Part shown: piece after piece, positions 1 through 7,286 of the stretch
Position numbering within the stretch: position 1 is the first letter of the stretch
Layout of the letters: each line of letters begins with the position of its first letter
The notes under the pieces: generated by a model
Databases searched by the model: none
Seen by the model: only the letters and a program-made list of their open reading frames with translations
Told to the model about the DNA's origin: nothing
Position numbers and translations under genes: made by a program
Source of the DNA: Betaproteobacteria bacterium
Lineage (GTDB): Bacteria; Pseudomonadota; Gammaproteobacteria; Burkholderiales; SG8-39
Assembly: GCA_004297625.1 (NCBI GenBank)
Contig: SCTY01000056.1
Location: 71,843-135,842 of the forward strand
DNA: 64,000 nucleotides
Direction of reading: 5' to 3'

Positions 1-142
1 GCCGGCGTTCTACGCCATGCCGAAGTCGATCGACGAGGTGGTCGCGCACACGGTGGGCCGCGTGCTCGACCTCTTCGGCGTGCACTCCGCTAAGCTCGCG
101 CGCTGGCAGGGGATGAAAGGAAGTCCCCAAGAGCGCGACTGA
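1..142 (+). CDS. ubiX: UbiX-family flavin prenyltransferase, C-terminal fragment (5' end lies outside the window)
   Basis: The frame starting at nt 2 reads PAFYAMPKSIDEVVAHTVGRVLDLFGVHSAKLARWQGMKGSPQERD, then TGA at 140-142. The PAFY..P....D.V..TVGRVLDLFG block is the conserved UbiX/Pad1 C-terminus. It is absent from the ORF track because it is open at the window edge. Confidence 0.6.
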   Translation, partial: PAFYAMPKSIDEVVAHTVGRVLDLFGVHSAKLARWQGMKGSPQERD

Positions 143-893
143 AGGCCTCGGGCTGCTCCACGTTGGAGAGATGCGCCGCCTGCGGGATGAGCGCGAGCTT
201 CGCGCCCGGCAGGTTCTCCTGGATCACGCGCGCCATGGCCGGCGGCGTCGCCGGATCGTCCGCGCCGCAAATCACGAGCGCCCGCGTCTTGATTTCCTTC
301 AGGCGCGCCGTCAGGTCGATCTTCGGGATCGCGGCGCAGCAGCCGACGTAGCCCGGCACGGGAGTGCTGCGGATCAACCCGGCCACGCGGTTCACCTTGT
401 CGGGCTGGTGCTTCCTGAAGCCCGGCGTGAACCAGCGCTCGAGGGTGGGCTGCACGAGCGGCTCCATGCCCTGGGACTCGGCGATGCGGATGCGCTCCTG
501 CCACATCGGCGCGGCTTCCGGCGGATAGCTGCTCGTGGTATCGCAAAGCGTGAGCGTGTCGAAGATTCCCGGGTACTTGAGCGCGCAAGTCTGGCCGATC
601 ATGCCGCCCATCGACAGGCCGCAGAAATGCGCCTTGCGCACGCCGAGCTTCTCGAGCAGCGCGTGCAGGTCGTCGGCGAGCATCTCGAGCGTGTACGGGC
701 CCTTCGGCGCGGCGCTTTGCCCGTGTCCGCGCGTGTCGTACGCGAGCACGCGATAGCGGTCCTTGAATTTCGCCGCTTCGCCGTCCCACATGCGCACGCT
801 GCACGCGAGCGAGTGGCTGAACACCAGCCAGGGCGCGCCTTCTTTTCCGCTCACCTCGTAATAGGTCTCGATGCCGTTGACGATCGCTTTCAT
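90..893 (-). CDS. alpha/beta hydrolase (3-oxoadipate enol-lactonase-like)
   Basis: 267-aa ORF. It has the HS oxyanion region LVFSHSL and the nucleophile elbow GLSMGG. The ATG overlaps the stop of the upstream gene (ATGA at 890-893). Confidence 0.85.
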   Translation of the reverse strand: MKAIVNGIETYYEVSGKEGAPWLVFSHSLACSVRMWDGEAAKFKDRYRVLAYDTRGHGQSAAPKGPYTLEMLADDLHALLEKLGVRKAHFCGLSMGGMIGQTCALKYPGIFDTLTLCDTTSSYPPEAAPMWQERIRIAESQGMEPLVQPTLERWFTPGFRKHQPDKVNRVAGLIRSTPVPGYVGCCAAIPKIDLTARLKEIKTRALVICGADDPATPPAMARVIQENLPGAKLALIPQAAHLSNVEQPEAFSRALGDFLSSPASARA

Positions 894-2029
894 GCGTTCT
901 CCACTATGAGGGGGATCAACATTTCGTCTTCGCTCGAGCCGCCGTGGTTGCCGATGTGCAGGTGCCGCGGCTCGCCCGGGGTCCAGTCTTTCACGCTGGC
1001 GCGGCCGCGCATCACGAGCGCCACGTCGCCGATGCGCTCGGCGAAGCGCGGGTGCGGCTCGCCCGGCCCGAACCAGCCTTCTTCCACGAGCTCCGAGCTG
1101 CGGCGAACATCGGCGCGGCCGCCGAGCCAGTCTTTAGCCTTCTGTAGAAAATCATCAACCGAGTGCACGTGGCAGTACGCGACGCGCCGCTCGCCGCACA
1201 ATGGAAACCTCAGCATCGAGGCGAGATCCGGGGCCAGCTCGAGCGACTCTTCCCGCGGCACGTCGATGAACCCGTGATCCGCGGTGGCCACGATCAGGCT
1301 GTCGGTCCCTGAAAGGCGCGTGCGCAGCCTGCCGAACGCTGCGTCGATGCGCGTGAATTCCGCAGCGGCCTCGGGGCCGAGCGAGCCTTGGCGATGGGAG
1401 ATGGCGTCGTATTCCGGCCAGTAGGCGTAGACGAACTTCGGCGCGGCGTCGGACTTCACCACGCTCTCGACCTGGTCGACGAGCTCGTCGAGGGACTTGT
1501 GGGCGCGCCGTTCCGCGCCGGCGCAATGGCGCAGGTTGTACTCGGAATCGACGATTTGCCGGTGCGTCACGACCCACGAGCGCCTGCCGAGCGAAGCAAA
1601 CAGCGGCTCTGCGGGAAACGCGCGCTGCGGCGAGAAGCCTTTCTCGCGCAGCGGGATGTTGTCTCCGCGCGTGCGGAACGGCAGCGGCGCGGCGACATAG
1701 CCCGCTTCGCCGAAATAGGTAAACCACCCTGTCAGCCCGTGCTCGAGCGGCGTGCAGCCGGTGTAAGTAGTGGTAATGGCCGAGGCCGTGGTCGAGGGAA
1801 ACACCGAGGTAATGGCGGCGCGCCTGCGCCGCGCCAGCTCGCCGCTCGCCTGCCGCATCAGGTAGTTGTCCCCCAGGCCGTCGATCACGAACAGCACCAC
1901 GTTGCGCGCGGCCGCCACCTCGCCGGCGGGGAGTTTCGCAAGCGGCTCATGGCGCGGCCGCCCGCCGCAGCCTTCGACGATCGAGGCAATGAGATTGACG
2001 AGGCTGCCGCCCTGGTAGTCAGGAAGCAT
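890..2029 (-). CDS. alkaline phosphatase superfamily protein (nucleotide pyrophosphatase/phosphodiesterase-like)
   Basis: 379-aa ORF with metal-site-like motifs FVIDGLGDNY, ATADHGF and GNHGG. Its composition is not that of a GC shadow ORF. Confidence 0.8.
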   Translation of the reverse strand: MLPDYQGGSLVNLIASIVEGCGGRPRHEPLAKLPAGEVAAARNVVLFVIDGLGDNYLMRQASGELARRRRAAITSVFPSTTASAITTTYTGCTPLEHGLTGWFTYFGEAGYVAAPLPFRTRGDNIPLREKGFSPQRAFPAEPLFASLGRRSWVVTHRQIVDSEYNLRHCAGAERRAHKSLDELVDQVESVVKSDAAPKFVYAYWPEYDAISHRQGSLGPEAAAEFTRIDAAFGRLRTRLSGTDSLIVATADHGFIDVPREESLELAPDLASMLRFPLCGERRVAYCHVHSVDDFLQKAKDWLGGRADVRRSSELVEEGWFGPGEPHPRFAERIGDVALVMRGRASVKDWTPGEPRHLHIGNHGGSSEDEMLIPLIVENA

Positions 2030-2041
2030 CGGGTCGCGGGC

Positions 2042-2057
2042 ATTTTAGCGGTAGAAT
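2042..2057. promoter_or_regulatory. pair of divergent -10-like hexamers: TAAAAT on the minus strand (2047..2042) and TAGAAT on the plus strand (2052..2057)
   Basis: These are AT-rich hexamers in the 56-bp divergent intergenic region between the ATG at 2029 (-) and the ATG at 2086 (+). No convincing -35 box was seen. Confidence 0.3.
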
Positions 2058-2085
2058 CCGGCGATCCCCTCCTGAGGTTTGCGCG

Positions 2086-2640
2086 ATGCGGCTCGAAGTC
2101 CACGTCCATGCGGACATTCCCATTCTCGAAGGTGTCTCCAAGCGCCAGCTCGAGCAGGCGTTCGCGCCGGTGCTCGAATATCTGGACGCCGACGGCCTCT
2201 CCGACGTCAAAAGCCTCGAGCCCGACGAGCCGGGCATCAAGTACGACGAGAAAGACCTGATGCTCTACGTATGCTGGACGGGCGAGATCGGCCGCAGCTT
2301 CCACGGCGCGCTCGAAGCCGCGCTCGAGAACCTCGGCCCCTACTGCTACGAGGCGGTCGAGGTCGACGTCACGCTGTACCTGGAAAACGGCGAGCAGGAG
2401 TCCCGGCTGCTCTTCGTCGGGCCGACGGCGCACGCGATCCACGAGGCGCAGCGCCGCTGCATGATCGAGGACGTCGCGGCGATCCTCGGGCGCCAGTTCG
2501 ACAAGACCGAGGTAGCGCAGGTGACGGCGCTGGTCAACGAGCTTTTCGACCGCGACTGGAAGGAAAAGGCTTCGCAGCAGAAAAAGCCCGAGCGCGCGTT
2601 CGAGAACTACACCCGGCCTTCGAGGAAAAACCTGCACTAA
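2086..2640 (+). CDS. hypothetical protein (acidic, about 184 aa; no family recognised with confidence)
   Basis: 184-aa ORF with normal, non Arg/Ala/Pro-rich composition (MRLEVHVHADIPILEGVSKRQLEQAF...). It lies downstream of a TAGAAT box. Confidence 0.7.
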   Translation: MRLEVHVHADIPILEGVSKRQLEQAFAPVLEYLDADGLSDVKSLEPDEPGIKYDEKDLMLYVCWTGEIGRSFHGALEAALENLGPYCYEAVEVDVTLYLENGEQESRLLFVGPTAHAIHEAQRRCMIEDVAAILGRQFDKTEVAQVTALVNELFDRDWKEKASQQKKPERAFENYTRPSRKNLH

Positions 2641-2653
2641 GTGGCTGGACCAA

Positions 2654-2728
2654 GGACAATTCGGGGTCAGAGTCCTAATTCCGGTAACGCGCAGCTATCG
2701 GAATTAGGGCTCTGACCCCGAATTGTCC
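2654..2728. repeat. near-perfect inverted repeat with 30-bp arms and a 15-nt loop (REP/MITE-like palindrome or RNA hairpin)
   Basis: The left arm is GGACAATTCGGGGTCAGAGTCCTAATTCCG (2654-2683). The right arm is CGGAATTAGGGCTCTGACCCCGAATTGTCC (2699-2728). The single mismatch is T opposite G, which is a G-U pair in RNA. The repeat ends 5 nt before the metY ATG. Confidence 0.9.
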
Positions 2729-2733
2729 TCACC

Positions 2734-4029
2734 ATGGCGGGACCGAAATACCCCGGTTTTGACACGCTCGCGCTGCACGCCGGCCAGTCGCCCGACCCGG
2801 CGACCGGCAGCCGCGCGGTGCCGATCTACCAGACCACTTCGTACGTCTTTCGCGACACCGAGCACGCGGCGTCGCTGTTCAACATGGAGCGCGCGGGACA
2901 CGTCTATTCGCGCATCTCCAACCCCACCGTCGCCGTCCTGGAAGAAAGAATTTCCGCCCTGGAAGGCGGCGTAGGCGCGATCGCCACCGCCTCCGGGCAG
3001 GCCGCGCTGCATCTCGCGGTCGCGACCCTCATGGGCGCGGGCGGCCATATCGTCGCCTCGAGCTCGCTCTACGGCGGCTCGCACAACCTGCTCGGCTACA
3101 CGCTGAAGCGCTTCGGCGTCGAGACCACGTTCGTCAACCCGCGCAATCTCGGCGAGTGGAAAAAAGCGATAACAGAAAACACGCGTCTGCTGTTCGGCGA
3201 AACGCTCGGCAATCCCGGCCTCGACGTTCTGGATATCCCGTCGGTCGCGGCGATCGCGCACGAGGCGAAAGTCCCGCTCCTCGTGGACGCGACGTTCACC
3301 ACGCCGTACCTCATGCAGCACTTCGAGCTCGGCGCCGATCTGCTTTACCACTCGGCGACGAAGTTTCTCGGCGGTCACGGCGTCGCGATCGCCGGCGTGC
3401 TGGTCGACTCGGGCCGCTTCGACTGGGAGGCCGCGGGCAAGTTCGCGACGCTTACGGCGCCCTACGAGGGCTTCCACGACATGGATTTCGAGGAGGAGTC
3501 CGGCACCCGGGCGTTCCTCCTGCGCGCGCGCCGCGAAGGTTTGCGCGACTTCGGCGCCTGCATGGCGCCGATGACCGCGTTCCACATCCTCCAGGGCATC
3601 GAGACGCTGCACCTGCGCATGCCGCGGCACGTCGAGAACACGCGCAAGGTCGTCGCGTTTCTGAAAAGCAATCCTACCGTTGAAAAGGTCATCTATCCCG
3701 AGCTGCCGGAACACCCGGACTACGCGCTGGCGAAGAAGCTGCTGCCGCGCGGCTGCGGCGCGGTGTTCTCGTTCGAGCTGAAGGGCGGGCGGGCGGCGGG
3801 GCGCAAATTCATCGAGTCGCTGCGCGTTTTTTCGCACCTCGCCAACGTCGGCGACGCCAAGTCGCTCGTCATCCATCCGGCCACCACCACGCACTACCGC
3901 ATGAGCGACGCCGATCTCGCGCGCTCCGGGATCACGGCGGGAACCGTGCGTCTTTCGATCGGCCTCGAGGACAACGCCGATCTCGTCGAAGACCTGGAGC
4001 GTGCGCTAAAGGCCGCGGCGCGGGCCTGA
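2734..4029 (+). CDS. metY: O-acetylhomoserine aminocarboxypropyltransferase/sulfhydrylase
   Basis: 431 aa. It carries the N-terminal signature GFDTLALHAGQ...PIYQTTSY and the PLP-lysine region SATKFLGGHG. Length and layout are typical of MetY/MetZ-class Cys/Met PLP enzymes. Confidence 0.93.
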   Translation: MAGPKYPGFDTLALHAGQSPDPATGSRAVPIYQTTSYVFRDTEHAASLFNMERAGHVYSRISNPTVAVLEERISALEGGVGAIATASGQAALHLAVATLMGAGGHIVASSSLYGGSHNLLGYTLKRFGVETTFVNPRNLGEWKKAITENTRLLFGETLGNPGLDVLDIPSVAAIAHEAKVPLLVDATFTTPYLMQHFELGADLLYHSATKFLGGHGVAIAGVLVDSGRFDWEAAGKFATLTAPYEGFHDMDFEEESGTRAFLLRARREGLRDFGACMAPMTAFHILQGIETLHLRMPRHVENTRKVVAFLKSNPTVEKVIYPELPEHPDYALAKKLLPRGCGAVFSFELKGGRAAGRKFIESLRVFSHLANVGDAKSLVIHPATTTHYRMSDADLARSGITAGTVRLSIGLEDNADLVEDLERALKAAARA

Positions 4030-4814
4030 TGGAGCTTGCGGCCAACGACAGAAAGGTTTTCGCCTACACCGCGTCGCGCCCTGTCGATGCGCGCAAGCCG
4101 ACCCTGGTATTCGTGCACGGCGCGGGCCTCGATCATTCGTGGTTCGGCCTGCAAAGCCGCTACTTCGGCTACCACGGGCGCAACGTGCTCGCGGTCGACC
4201 TGCCGGGCCACGGGCGCTCGGACGGGCCGCCGATCGCCGCGGTGGGCGCAATGGCGGACTGGGTTTTTTCCCTGCTTGATGAATTGAAAATTCAAAAGGC
4301 GGGTATCGTTGGCCATTCTCTCGGCTCGCTCGTCGCCCTGGAATGCGCGAACCGTCAGCCCGCGCGCGTGGAGCGCATTGCGCTGATCGGCACGGCGTAC
4401 CCGATGAAGGTCTCCGAGGCGTTTCTCGACGCGGCACGCCGCAACGACCCCAGCGCCTTCGACATGGAGACCATCTGGGGTCATGCGGCGCAAGTTCCGC
4501 TCGGGGGCAACCCGAATCCGGGGATGTGGATGTACGGCGATACGCTCGCGCGCCTTCGGCGCCTCGCGCCCGGCGTGCTCCACAACGACCTCGAGGCCTG
4601 CAACGACTACGTGTCGGACTTCGCCAACGTCAAATGCCCGGTGCTCCTCATCCTCGGCAAGCGCGACGTCATGACGCCGCCCCGAAATGCAAAGGGTTTG
4701 CAAGGCAAGCTTCCCCATTGCGAAACGGTCTTGATCGATCTCTCCGGGCATTCGCTCATGGCCGAGGCGCCCGACGCGACGCTCGACACGCTGATCTCGT
4801 TCTTCAGCGGCTGA
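4029..4814 (+). CDS. alpha/beta hydrolase
   Basis: 261 aa with VFVHGAG and the nucleophile elbow GHSLGS. The ATG overlaps the metY stop (TGATG). Confidence 0.85.
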   Translation: MELAANDRKVFAYTASRPVDARKPTLVFVHGAGLDHSWFGLQSRYFGYHGRNVLAVDLPGHGRSDGPPIAAVGAMADWVFSLLDELKIQKAGIVGHSLGSLVALECANRQPARVERIALIGTAYPMKVSEAFLDAARRNDPSAFDMETIWGHAAQVPLGGNPNPGMWMYGDTLARLRRLAPGVLHNDLEACNDYVSDFANVKCPVLLILGKRDVMTPPRNAKGLQGKLPHCETVLIDLSGHSLMAEAPDATLDTLISFFSG

Positions 4815-5154
4815 GCCGCGGCAGGGACTTGGGAAACGCGAGCGCGAGCGCCCAGCCGAGCAGCACGCCCGCGCTGTCGGCGAACATGTCGAAAACCTCG
4901 AAGGTGCGGTAGCCGAGCCAGCGTTGCATGAACTCGAGGCCAACGCCCATGGCGATGAAAAGCGCGGCGTAGGCGATCCGCGGGGCTCTGGCGGCGTAGA
5001 GCTGGGCGAACCAGAACATGACGAGGCCGTAGGCGAAGAGGTGCCCCGCCTTGTCGCTCTGCTCGACATCGATCGTCGGCGGCGAGGGCGTTAGCGACAG
5101 CCAGGCAATGGCTGCCACCAGCAGCCATCCCACCGCTATATAGGCGCGGCGCAT
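4804..5154 (-). CDS. VanZ-like membrane protein
   Basis: 116 aa with 3-4 hydrophobic helices and the KAGHLFAYG motif. The ATG overlaps the stop of the radical SAM gene by 1 nt (TGATG), so the two are probably co-transcribed. Confidence 0.7.
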   Translation of the reverse strand: MRRAYIAVGWLLVAAIAWLSLTPSPPTIDVEQSDKAGHLFAYGLVMFWFAQLYAARAPRIAYAALFIAMGVGLEFMQRWLGYRTFEVFDMFADSAGVLLGWALALAFPKSLPRLSR

Positions 5155-7259
5155 CAGAACAGGTTGAGTTGCCCGCCGCGCGGCGGGCGAAAGCGCGAGC
5201 AGTCGAGCTCGGCGCGGCAGCGTGCGGCGCCGTGGTCGTTCAGTCCGAACTTGCGGCAGGCGAGCTCGAAGCGCCGCTCGATCAGCTCGGCGTAGTTGCC
5301 GGTACCGCTCATGCGCGTGCCGAAGCGCGGGTCATTGTCGCGTCCGCCCCGGATCTGCCGCACGATGCTGACGACATGCTCGGCGCGCTGCGGGTAGTGC
5401 GCGACGAGCCATTCCTTGAAGATGTCCTTGAGCTCGTTGGGCAGGCGCAGGATGACGTAGGCCGCTTCGGCCGCGCCGGCCGCGGCGGCGGATTCGAGCA
5501 CCTGCTCCAGCGTCTTGTCGTTGAGCGCCGGAATCAGCGCCGCCACCATCACCCCGCAGGGTATTTGCTTTTCGGATAACGCTTTCAAGACCTGCAGACG
5601 CCGTTGCGGGCTGGCGGCGCGCGGCTCGAGCTTGCGCGCGAGCTCGCGCTCGAGGGTGCCGATCGAGACGAACACCTTGACGAGATTCTTCTTCGCCATG
5701 GGCGCAAGGATATCGAGATCGCGCTCGACGAGCGCCGACTTCGTGACCACCGTGAAGGGATGCTCGCATTCGGCCAGCACTTCCAGGATCTGCCGGGTAA
5801 TGCGGAACTTGCGCTCGATCGGCTGGTAGCAGTCGGTGTTCGCGCCGAGCGCGATGGGCTGCGGCGTGTAACCGGGCTTGGCGAGCGTCTCGCGCAACAG
5901 CTCGGCGGCGTTCGTCTTGGCGAAAAGCTTCGTCTCGAAATCGAGTCCCGGCGAGAGCTCGAGATAGGAATGACTGGGCCGGGCGTAGCAATTATGGCTG
6001 ACTATGCCATTTGCGATGAAGTCCTCGGTCTCGGTTGTGATGTCGAACAAGCGTTCGGCCCTCCCGAGCGGTTCGATCGCGGTGATGGCAAGGCGGGCGC
6101 TGCTCTTCACGGCCTGACCGGAAATGTCACGCTTGCGCACGATCGCCGGATCGACCGTATGGAAGAAGCGCAGGTGCTCGCGCAGGCCGCCGGTAATGCG
6201 CAGATAGACGATCGGCTCGACTGCAAACCGAAAATCGAGCTGTTGCAGACAGCGCTGAATCCAGTCGATGATGGTGGGATCGGTATTGCAGATGCGCAGG
6301 CAGCCGTCGTTGTAACTGCCCTCTGCATCGAAAATCCCTGCGAGGAAGCCCGCGGCCCATTCGCGCGACGCAGCGAGCGGCCAGGCGATCAGCATCCGAA
6401 TCTCGTCGACACTGGGTCGACTCTGAGCACCGATGGCGTGCAACAGGCGTCTGCCGGTCGCTGCTTTCTGAAAAACGAAATGACGGGTGTGTATCCGCCA
6501 TTCGTCGAGATATTGCTGGACGCGCAAAAGCGCCTCTACGTCGCAAAGCGCCAGACGAAATTGATGCGCCGTGGCCGATCGGCCGTTCGCTCGCCGGTAC
6601 GGGTGCGACCCCAGGTGAGCGTCTCCCCGAATCACACCGCACAGGTAGCCTAGCCGGTAGTCGTCGTTCTTGTTCGGCCCGGCTGCAAAGGCGCCGACGC
6701 CCATCATCTTGTTGCCGGTCGTGAGGTGCGGCCGTCGCCCGCGTCCCTGTTCAGTGCCGGTAACGAACTTCCAGCCCCGTTCAGTGAGGAACCGGTGGTC
6801 ACCGCCGGCGACGAGCTGCGAGCCGTCTTCGAGAGTAACTCGGTATGCTGGCTTGATGACGCTCCAGTGCGCGAGGACGCGCTGCTTCACGTAGCGCCTG
6901 TACCAGCCTTCGCGCCGGGTGCCGTAGATGGCATCGCCGACCCTGATGTCGGCGATGGGCTTCGTGGTGCCGTCGGCCATGAGGACCAGCGTGTCGCCCC
7001 GTACGCAGTAAACGCAACCATGCTCGCATCCTCTATACGGATTGATCGACGTCGTAAAGCCGACGTCCGGCGAATCGGTGTGCGACACGATCGAGCGCGC
7101 GCGCTCGATCGCCACTTCCGTTTTGAGCTCGCTTTGGGCCTTTTCTTCCGGCGTCCAGCCGTCGTCGAGCGCTTCGCGCGCGACGCTCTCAAAACGTCCC
7201 TGAGTGAACGAGCGCGCGCCGCGCAAGTGAAGCGTTTCTCTATGCCGGTCCCGGCTCAT
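5154..7259 (-). CDS. radical SAM protein of the PA0069/SplB-like (COG1533) type, interrupted by an intein (701-aa precursor; 362-aa spliced product predicted)
   Basis: The ATG at 7259 gives MSRDRHRETLHLRGARSFTQGRFES..., which resembles the KGRGA..N...RFE family N-terminus. The radical SAM motif reads NPYRGCEHGCVY-[339 aa]-CYARPSHSYLE. The rest of the protein (TDCYQPIERKFRITRQILEVL...) is colinear with the family. The upstream 416 codons of the 1117-aa track ORF are antisense to the MFS gene and were discarded. Confidence 0.9.
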   Translation of the reverse strand: MSRDRHRETLHLRGARSFTQGRFESVAREALDDGWTPEEKAQSELKTEVAIERARSIVSHTDSPDVGFTTSINPYRGCEHGCVYCVRGDTLVLMADGTTKPIADIRVGDAIYGTRREGWYRRYVKQRVLAHWSVIKPAYRVTLEDGSQLVAGGDHRFLTERGWKFVTGTEQGRGRRPHLTTGNKMMGVGAFAAGPNKNDDYRLGYLCGVIRGDAHLGSHPYRRANGRSATAHQFRLALCDVEALLRVQQYLDEWRIHTRHFVFQKAATGRRLLHAIGAQSRPSVDEIRMLIAWPLAASREWAAGFLAGIFDAEGSYNDGCLRICNTDPTIIDWIQRCLQQLDFRFAVEPIVYLRITGGLREHLRFFHTVDPAIVRKRDISGQAVKSSARLAITAIEPLGRAERLFDITTETEDFIANGIVSHNCYARPSHSYLELSPGLDFETKLFAKTNAAELLRETLAKPGYTPQPIALGANTDCYQPIERKFRITRQILEVLAECEHPFTVVTKSALVERDLDILAPMAKKNLVKVFVSIGTLERELARKLEPRAASPQRRLQVLKALSEKQIPCGVMVAALIPALNDKTLEQVLESAAAAGAAEAAYVILRLPNELKDIFKEWLVAHYPQRAEHVVSIVRQIRGGRDNDPRFGTRMSGTGNYAELIERRFELACRKFGLNDHGAARCRAELDCSRFRPPRGGQLNLF
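5991..7007 (-). mobile_element. intein (339 aa) with a LAGLIDADG homing-endonuclease domain
   Basis: Cys1 starts block A (CVRGDTLVLMADG). Block B is GGDHRFLTERGW. The two LAGLIDADG motifs are LGYLCGVIRGDAHLG and WAAGFLAGIFDAEGSY. The C-terminal blocks read LFDITTETEDFIANGIVSHN, followed by Cys+1. I checked the codons by hand: 7005-7007 is TGC, 5991-5993 is AAT, 5988-5990 is TGC. A sampled 60-nt stretch inside the element is about 55% GC, against about 75% in the 3' extein (hand count). Confidence 0.9.
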
Positions 7260-7271
7260 GTTGCGCCGCAG

Positions 7272-7277
7272 TAGAAT
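7272..7277 (+). promoter_or_regulatory. -10-like hexamer TAGAAT, 9 nt upstream of the MFS ATG
   Basis: GTAGAATGCCG (7271-7281) is identical to the 11-mer at 26206-26216. It sits in a 27-bp divergent intergenic region with no Shine-Dalgarno sequence. Confidence 0.35.
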
Positions 7278-7286
7278 GCCGATGGA

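Noticed and set aside
171-1277. Long alternative-frame or antisense ORFs throughout the window, for example 171-1277, 2704-3894, 3894-5069, 23295-25124, 46261-48750, 50789-52474, 55423-57798 and 27875-29476
   Set aside because: Their translations are dominated by Arg, Ala, Gly and Pro with no recognisable motifs. They lie opposite or out of frame to genes with clear family signatures. These are the typical stop-poor shadow ORFs of ~70% GC DNA.
2640-2734. SAM-type riboswitch upstream of metY
   Set aside because: The interval is only 93 nt and is almost entirely one simple 30-bp hairpin. It has none of the multi-helix junction architecture of the SAM riboswitch classes that I can recognise.
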